DNA from: Candidatus Heimdallarchaeota archaeon
GTDB lineage: Archaea; Asgardarchaeota; Heimdallarchaeia; Heimdallarchaeales; Kariarchaeaceae
Length of the DNA: 11,553 bases
Assembly: GCA_015523565.1 (NCBI GenBank)
Contig: WAKA01000214.1
Location: 1-11,553, forward strand
Reading direction: 5' to 3'
The position numbers and the translations under genes were made by a program. The notes beneath the pieces were generated by a model. It was not told the DNA's origin. It made no database searches and saw only the letters and a program-made list of their open reading frames with translations. Position 1 is the stretch's first letter. Each line of letters starts with the position of its first letter. This document shows positions 6,924-11,553 of this stretch, piece by piece.

Positions 6924-7355
6924 TCAATCACTGAAAGAATAATCTGGGTTTTCCAATAAAAGGGTTGAAACAAGACTATGTACACTTATTACTTGATCTT
7001 TTGTATATTCCTGTTCTTTAAACCATTCCTTCTCCCTGCAATCCTCGTCAATAATGACCTCATTGGTATCCAATGCTAGAATCAATGGATAAAGCCTGCA
7101 CCCTAAAGGTCGTATCCTGTAAATACTGCACCTCCCCTTTTCGTCAAGGAAAAAACATCTCCCATTTATGTTTCTTAATTGCCAAAATCCCCCTGTTTGC
7201 TTTGGATCCAAACAAAACTCGTTTCTATCAAATCCTGCCTTTTCAATCCTTTCCAAGTCTGAAGTGGTCAGAAGCATTTCCGTGTCAAGACAACACTGGT
7301 GACAATCCCTGAAACCACATTTTACTTTTGGTTCATCTTCATCAATGTCTATCAC
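6924..7355 (-). CDS. YkgJ family / CxxCxxCC cysteine-cluster (putative Fe-S or Zn binding) protein
   Basis: CGFRDCHQCC...LTTSDLERI...GRCFFL...CSIYRIRPLGCRLYP; GTG start. Confidence 0.9.
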   Translation of the reverse strand: MIDIDEDEPKVKCGFRDCHQCCLDTEMLLTTSDLERIEKAGFDRNEFCLDPKQTGGFWQLRNINGRCFFLDEKGRCSIYRIRPLGCRLYPLILALDTNEVIIDEDCREKEWFKEQEYTKDQVISVHSLVSTLLLENPDYSFSD

Positions 7356-7364
7356 TATCTCAAG

Positions 7365-7874
7365 TTACTTTTCAATTGAAAAAAGCTTTTTGATTTCAGA
7401 TAAAATAAAATTTGCAGTTTCCCGACTATCAAGATTTTCAATCTCCTTAACCCTTTCAACCCCAAATGCTTCTTGGGATCGTATCAGGCAATCTTTCATT
7501 ATTTCTGCAAGGATGTTGTCCTCTATTTTTTTTGCTTTGTATTTCCTATTTTTCAATCGTTCTCTTAAACTCCCTATTGGATGGGCTAGTACAAAACACA
7601 CTTGTATAAATTTTTCAGGAATAAGGTCTGCCAAATGACCCTCTAATACAAGTGGTCTGATTGGATGCGTTTCCAATAACTGCTGAAGAGAGTTTTTCAG
7701 GCAATCCTCGTTAACTATCTTAGTTTCATCCTCAGGATCCCAATCTTCTTCGCATCCTGAAACTTTAATAATTTCATTCAAACTCCAGATTTCAATTCCC
7801 GCTTCTTTTAAGTGCTTTGCAACTGTGGTTTTTCCAGTTCCTGGTGTTCCGTTTATTGCAATAACGTATTTCAC
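7365..7874 (-). CDS. fap7: Adenylate kinase 6 / Fap7 (hCINAP) family NMP kinase-ATPase
   Basis: P-loop GTPGTGKTT, DWDPEDETKIV, hhhEGH motif (LVLEGH) and LRERLKNRKYKAKKIEDNILAE lid; GTG start. Confidence 0.9.
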   Translation of the reverse strand: MKYVIAINGTPGTGKTTVAKHLKEAGIEIWSLNEIIKVSGCEEDWDPEDETKIVNEDCLKNSLQQLLETHPIRPLVLEGHLADLIPEKFIQVCFVLAHPIGSLRERLKNRKYKAKKIEDNILAEIMKDCLIRSQEAFGVERVKEIENLDSRETANFILSEIKKLFSIEK

Positions 7875-7889
7875 ACTAAATAACCCAAA

Positions 7890-8186
7890 TCAATCTGGAT
7901 TTAAGACCAATCTGACTGTGCCATTTGAATCTTGAAATGCTATTGGCTCATTTTGTTCACGATTCAATAATTGTTTGAGATTAATGGCATAACTTCCACG
8001 CGATGTCACTCTTACTGCAATATGTTCTGAAATTAGAGGGTTTTCCACTTTCTTTTCTTTTTCTACAGCAACAGAGGTGAATTTTCTATTGCCACATGAG
8101 GGACAGCCTGAAATCAACGCTTTTGCAAAATCCAAAATCTCAATGCCACAAACGGAACATCTATTCTGAAATTCCTTCATTTCCAT
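7890..8186 (-). CDS. oapC: OapC/ArvC Zn-ribbon protein (DUF2072 family)
   Basis: RCSVCG...LISGCPSCGNRKF and the C-terminal IAVRVTSRGSYAINLKQLL...GTVRLVL; third gene after oapA-oapB. The GGAGGT SD abuts the ATG at 8186, so the ATG at 8180 may be the true start. Confidence 0.85.
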   Translation of the reverse strand: MEMKEFQNRCSVCGIEILDFAKALISGCPSCGNRKFTSVAVEKEKKVENPLISEHIAVRVTSRGSYAINLKQLLNREQNEPIAFQDSNGTVRLVLNPD

Positions 8187-8191
8187 ACCTC

Positions 8192-8533
8192 CTAAACAGT
8201 CAGTCCAACTGATAAAATACCATGTTCCTTTTGAATAATCTCGGCATCTCCAGGTGCAACTAACAACAAGCTGCTCTCTAATTTCTTTTGTCGAATAAAG
8301 CCTCCATACTTTGTCCTAATCCTCAACTCATGTAACTTAATTCCTATGAAATCTGTATCATACTGTTCCATAGCTCTTTGCATCAATAGCAATCTTTCAT
8401 CGGGTGACATGTTCATTTCAAGAAGCAGTATCCTGTCTTGTTTTATCTGTTCTATAATGAAATCAACACGCGATGATACATCATATCTTTCCAAGACTCC
8501 AAAAGGAACGAATTCAATGCTTTGGCGTGTCAT
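8192..8533 (-). CDS. oapB: OapB/ArvB protein (DUF2073 family)
   Basis: RVDFIIEQIKQDRILLLEMNMSPDERLLLMQRAME..DFIGI and LLLVAP follow the family pattern (IxxIlxxVxxxxIvvLExGLxPxEExxLIxxxM...FxGI). ATGA overlap with the oapA stop. Confidence 0.82.
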   Translation of the reverse strand: MTRQSIEFVPFGVLERYDVSSRVDFIIEQIKQDRILLLEMNMSPDERLLLMQRAMEQYDTDFIGIKLHELRIRTKYGGFIRQKKLESSLLLVAPGDAEIIQKEHGILSVGLTV

Positions 8534-9138
8534 CCTGCCACCTCTAACAATTGGTTATATAGGTTATCCATCCCTGATCCATATAAAGCAGAGACTGCAA
8601 CCACCTTATGTTGTGGAAATGTGGATTTGATTAAGTCAGGTTTTGCTTCAGGGAGATCTGCCTTGTTAGCAACAATTATTGTCTTTTTGTTCTGCATTTC
8701 CAATGTTCCAAGCAATGTTAAACTTACTTGGTCAAATGGCGTCTTAGTGGAATCCATCAAAACCAATGCAACATCTACTTCCTGAATATACTTAATTGCC
8801 GAAATAACCCCTGCTGTTGCTTCTTTGGCTCTCTTTATCGCCTCTTCCTCAGATAACCCCTCCCTTACAAATTCTTTATAATCGATTGAGCTTGCAATAC
8901 CAGGGGTGTCAACTAATGTCAAATCAAGAGCCCCTCCATCTATTTTGAAGTCTACATGTTCAAGCTTGACCAACTCCCTTGTCTCATGTGCGATATGGGA
9001 CACCGACGACATTTCTTTTCCGAGAAAATCTTTTGATATTCTATTTGCCAAAGTTGATTTTCCCGTGTTGACTTCTCCAATTAAACAAACTGACGCACTT
9101 TTCTTTTTTGTAAAAAGCCTTTGCAGGAAACCATTCAT
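8530..9138 (-). CDS. oapA: OapA/ArvA small GTPase (Era-like annotation)
   Basis: G1 GEVNTGKS, G2 HETR, G3 DTPG, G4 NKAD, G5 SAL. Family-specific strings TLANRI, IDYKEF, AxxRAKEATxGV, PFDQV and FPQH are also present. Confidence 0.92.
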   Translation of the reverse strand: MNGFLQRLFTKKKSASVCLIGEVNTGKSTLANRISKDFLGKEMSSVSHIAHETRELVKLEHVDFKIDGGALDLTLVDTPGIASSIDYKEFVREGLSEEEAIKRAKEATAGVISAIKYIQEVDVALVLMDSTKTPFDQVSLTLLGTLEMQNKKTIIVANKADLPEAKPDLIKSTFPQHKVVAVSALYGSGMDNLYNQLLEVAG

Positions 9139-9161
9139 CTGAAAAAAATTATTATGATTGC

Positions 9162-9171
9162 TTTTTTTATA
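9162..9171 (-). promoter_or_regulatory. Putative TATA box of the oap operon (probably leaderless)
   Basis: TATAAAAAAA on the minus strand, about 24-33 nt upstream of the ATG at 9138; no SD. Confidence 0.5.
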
Positions 9172-9314
9172 CGGGGTGTTACTGAAGGAACATATGGGTA
9201 ATCAATCTCTCCTCCTTTTTCTTGTCAGCTAAATAAATCGGAATGACAATGTGAAAAACGAACCAATGCCTAAAGGTTTCAATAAACATGATGAAATGTT
9301 CCTATTGGAGTGAT

Positions 9315-9363
9315 GAAAATTTATAAACGGTCTTCTTCAAATTAACTTACCTTAATGAGGTGA
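9315..9363 (+). promoter_or_regulatory. BRE/TATA promoter and SD of the livK-like gene
   Basis: GAAAA-TTTATAAA at 9315-9327, and GAGGTGA at 9357-9363, 4 nt before the ATG at 9368. Confidence 0.7.
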
Positions 9364-9367
9364 ATTA

Positions 9368-10645
9368 ATGAAAAGAAAACTAATTACCTTACTGGTTATC
9401 TCATTAATGGTCTTTGGCTTCGCTACTATCTTTGAAGCTAAAGCCCAAAAAACCGTGGTCAAGATCGGTTTGCTTACTCCAAAGACTGGAGGTTTGGGCG
9501 TTCTCGGACAATCATTTGAGAACGGCGCCGCTCTTGCCATTGACGACCTTAATAAATTGAATAGTGACTACAACTTTACATTGGTTGTACAAGATACACA
9601 AACCTCTGCTGATGGTGCAAGAGCTGCAATGACTGCTTTGGCCAGTGCTGGTGTTTCTGGTGTTGTTGGAGCCGCTGCTTCCTCTTCAACACTTGCCGCT
9701 ATGGAAATCGCTAAAGCAAACAAAATCCCAATGATCTCATACGCTTCTACATCACCATCAATAACAACTGCAAATGATAGTGATTTTCTGTTCAGGGTTG
9801 TACCTTCTGACGCTTTCCAAGGAAAGGCCGCTGCAGACCTTGCAGATAAATTGGGTCTTCACAATGTAGCAGTTATTGGAATTGATGATCCATATGGTCA
9901 GGGTCTTACAGGTGCTTTCCAAGATGCATTTAAGGCTAAAAACTCATCAAACAAAATTGCTGTTACCAGAGGTTATAACCAAGAAACTGAATCTGACTTT
10001 GCCGCCCATGTCACAGCCATCAAAAATGCAAACCCTGATGGTGTTTTCATGGTCAGCTTTGTTGATGACGGTGCTGCAATCATCAATGAATTGTACAATC
10101 AAGGTGTAGATGTTCCTGTCATTGGTACTGATGGTATTGCAACCAATGACATGTTCACTGTCCCTGGTACAAATGATAGCTTTATCGGTGTAATGGGAAC
10201 TGCCCCAACCACAACTGGAACTGCTGATTTCGTCAGTGCTTACAAAGCTAAATATGGCAGCGATCCTGGTATTTTTGTATCACAAGCATATGATGCTGCT
10301 ATGTTGATTGGTAAGGCTGTTATCGAAGCAGGCAAAACTGATGGTGTTTCTGTTCGTGACAAACTCAGAACAGTTGGAACAAATTACACTGGTGCTTCTG
10401 GCGTAATCACCTTCGATTCCAATGGTGACATTCTTGGAGGTACATATGACATTTGGCAAGCCCAAAATACCGATAAAGGTCCTGCAATTGTGACTGTTGG
10501 TTCTTGGGATGGCGACAATGGTTTGTCACTTACTGGTGATCTAGTTTCAAGAAGCGTGAAGCAAAGCTCACCAATTAGCATTGTACCATTCATTTTCGCA
10601 CTTGTTTTCCTAATCCCACTCAGAAGAAAACTCAGAAAAAAATAA
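9368..10645 (+). CDS. livK: Branched-chain amino-acid ABC transporter substrate-binding protein (type I PBP) with C-terminal membrane anchor
   Basis: Signal peptide (MKRK + hydrophobic + AKA), KIGLLTPKTG, VVGAAASSS, ISYASTSP, FRVVPSD, DDPYGQG, AYDA and GASGVITFDSNGD. It ends in a hydrophobic helix plus RRKLRKK and lies directly upstream of a livH permease. Confidence 0.9.
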   Translation: MKRKLITLLVISLMVFGFATIFEAKAQKTVVKIGLLTPKTGGLGVLGQSFENGAALAIDDLNKLNSDYNFTLVVQDTQTSADGARAAMTALASAGVSGVVGAAASSSTLAAMEIAKANKIPMISYASTSPSITTANDSDFLFRVVPSDAFQGKAAADLADKLGLHNVAVIGIDDPYGQGLTGAFQDAFKAKNSSNKIAVTRGYNQETESDFAAHVTAIKNANPDGVFMVSFVDDGAAIINELYNQGVDVPVIGTDGIATNDMFTVPGTNDSFIGVMGTAPTTTGTADFVSAYKAKYGSDPGIFVSQAYDAAMLIGKAVIEAGKTDGVSVRDKLRTVGTNYTGASGVITFDSNGDILGGTYDIWQAQNTDKGPAIVTVGSWDGDNGLSLTGDLVSRSVKQSSPISIVPFIFALVFLIPLRRKLRKK

Positions 10646-10749
10646 GAAAATAATTGACAAACAACAAATTAAAATCTGAAAATCGTTAAATTCATGCGAA
10701 ATTCATTGCCATTCAAATAAGGTTAAAAATTAAAGTTAAACTTGTACAT

Positions 10750-11553
10750 ATGGAAGATTCCAATCAAGAACGAATAACTTTTCAAGAAAGGATTGTTGGT
10801 TTAAAAGAAAAAAATCCTTTTCTGTACTATTTTGTTTCTTTATTTGCAATATTGGGAATTTCTGCATTAATTGTTGATGGCATGGTTGGCTTGTCTGGAA
10901 ATTCCCTTACCGCATCTTTTGATATTGTGTCCATTACAAAAGAAACATTCTATTGGGGATCAATATACCTATCAATTGCAATGGGTCTAACCATGACCTA
11001 TAGGACTCTAAGATTCGCAAACTTTGCACATGCCGAATTTTTAACTATTGGTGGATATACTGCTATTTTTCTCCAAACACTTTCAATCTTTTCCCCAAAT
11101 TCTACCAACAGTCTTTATCCTGTTCTTTTACCAATAGCTCTTGTTACTGCATTCATTGTTTCTGGACTTGTCGCAGTAATTTCTGATATTTTCGTGTTTA
11201 AACCCCTTCGGGACAGAAATTCTCCACCCCAGACAATGATGATCAGTTCATTGGGCTTGGCTTTAATTCTTCGATCGTTGATCTATTTGAGATTTGGGGG
11301 AGCATATAGATATTTCACACCAAAAGAAAACTATTCATTGGGTTCAATCCTTATCCCTACTATTGTTATAAATTGGAAAATGGGGCCTGGATTTACATAT
11401 TTTTCATCTTCCACTACGAGCATTCAACTTATAGATCTATTAATGATTGGAATTGTATTGTCCATGATTATTGTTTTGTTCCTATTTCTTCAATTTACCA
11501 AAATTGGGAAAGCTATCCGTGCAACTGCATCAAACCCAGATCTTGCAGCAAGC
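10750..11553 (+). CDS. livH: Branched-chain amino-acid ABC transporter permease (partial; runs off the right edge)
   Basis: Not in the ORF track. Open frame from the ATG at 10750 to the window end: ...WGSIYLSIAMGLTMTYRTLRFANFAHAEFLTIGGY...FKPLRDR...MMISSLGLALILR...TKIGKAIRATASNPDLAAS, which are LivH signatures. Confidence 0.93.
   Translation, partial: MEDSNQERITFQERIVGLKEKNPFLYYFVSLFAILGISALIVDGMVGLSGNSLTASFDIVSITKETFYWGSIYLSIAMGLTMTYRTLRFANFAHAEFLTIGGYTAIFLQTLSIFSPNSTNSLYPVLLPIALVTAFIVSGLVAVISDIFVFKPLRDRNSPPQTMMISSLGLALILRSLIYLRFGGAYRYFTPKENYSLGSILIPTIVINWKMGPGFTYFSSSTTSIQLIDLLMIGIVLSMIIVLFLFLQFTKIGKAIRATASNPDLAAS

Noticed and set aside
6923-6985. 21-codon N-terminal extension of cofC given by the ORF track
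   Set aside because: It overlaps the upstream gene. Family similarity begins at MKAFVP (6922), which is coupled to the upstream stop.
9139-9367. Possible replication origin upstream of oapA (as in haloarchaea); GTTCCTATTGGAG at 9298-9310 loosely resembles an ORB core
   Set aside because: Only one degenerate copy, with no G-string, no repeated ORBs and no adjacent cdc6/orc1. The spacer is explained by two divergent promoters.
5972-10593. Remaining short alternative ORFs (5972-6190, 6474-6743, 7073-7312, 7345-7638, 8346-8630, 8522-8785, 8906-9142, 9352-9540, 9876-10109, 10280-10465, 10384-10593)
   Set aside because: Shadow or out-of-frame ORFs within confidently assigned genes.
10688-10706. 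Direct repeat AAATTCAT x2 between livK and livH
   Set aside because: Short and AT-rich, so it is expected by chance.
1-11553. tRNA, rRNA, CRISPR array, transposon or provirus
   Set aside because: All spacers are under about 230 nt. No cloverleaf, regularly spaced repeats, terminal inverted repeats or integrase/transposase ORFs were seen by eye.

Overview
Gene-dense, AT-rich archaeal chromosomal segment with TATA/BRE promoters and GGTGA/GGAGG ribosome-binding sites. The lineage is inferred, not proven, to be Asgard/Heimdallarchaeia-like. From left to right: 5' part of an archaeal-type threonyl-tRNA synthetase (editing domain, minus strand, runs off the left edge); a tandem 20S proteasome beta-alpha pair (psmB-psmA); a divergent PadR-like winged-helix gene; a Zn-ribbon protein with CdvA-like coiled coils; thioredoxin reductase; a double winged-helix regulator; an orphan, degenerate MCP-like membrane protein; a six-gene minus-strand operon (oapA/arvA GTPase, oapB, oapC, AK6/Fap7 kinase, CxxCxxCC protein, cofC-like); and the start of a branched-chain amino-acid ABC transporter (livK-like, partial livH). 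No RNA genes, CRISPR arrays or mobile elements were seen. The most notable items are (1) an apparently self-contained proteasome beta+alpha operon, with a divergent alpha subunit, a eukaryotic beta5-like HGTTTLA processing site, a candidate operator and an adjacent regulator, and (2) an intact oap/arvABC small-GTPase operon with an Arf-like amphipathic N-terminus, in the same region as a CdvA-like protein. All family assignments come from motif recognition by eye; no searches were run.
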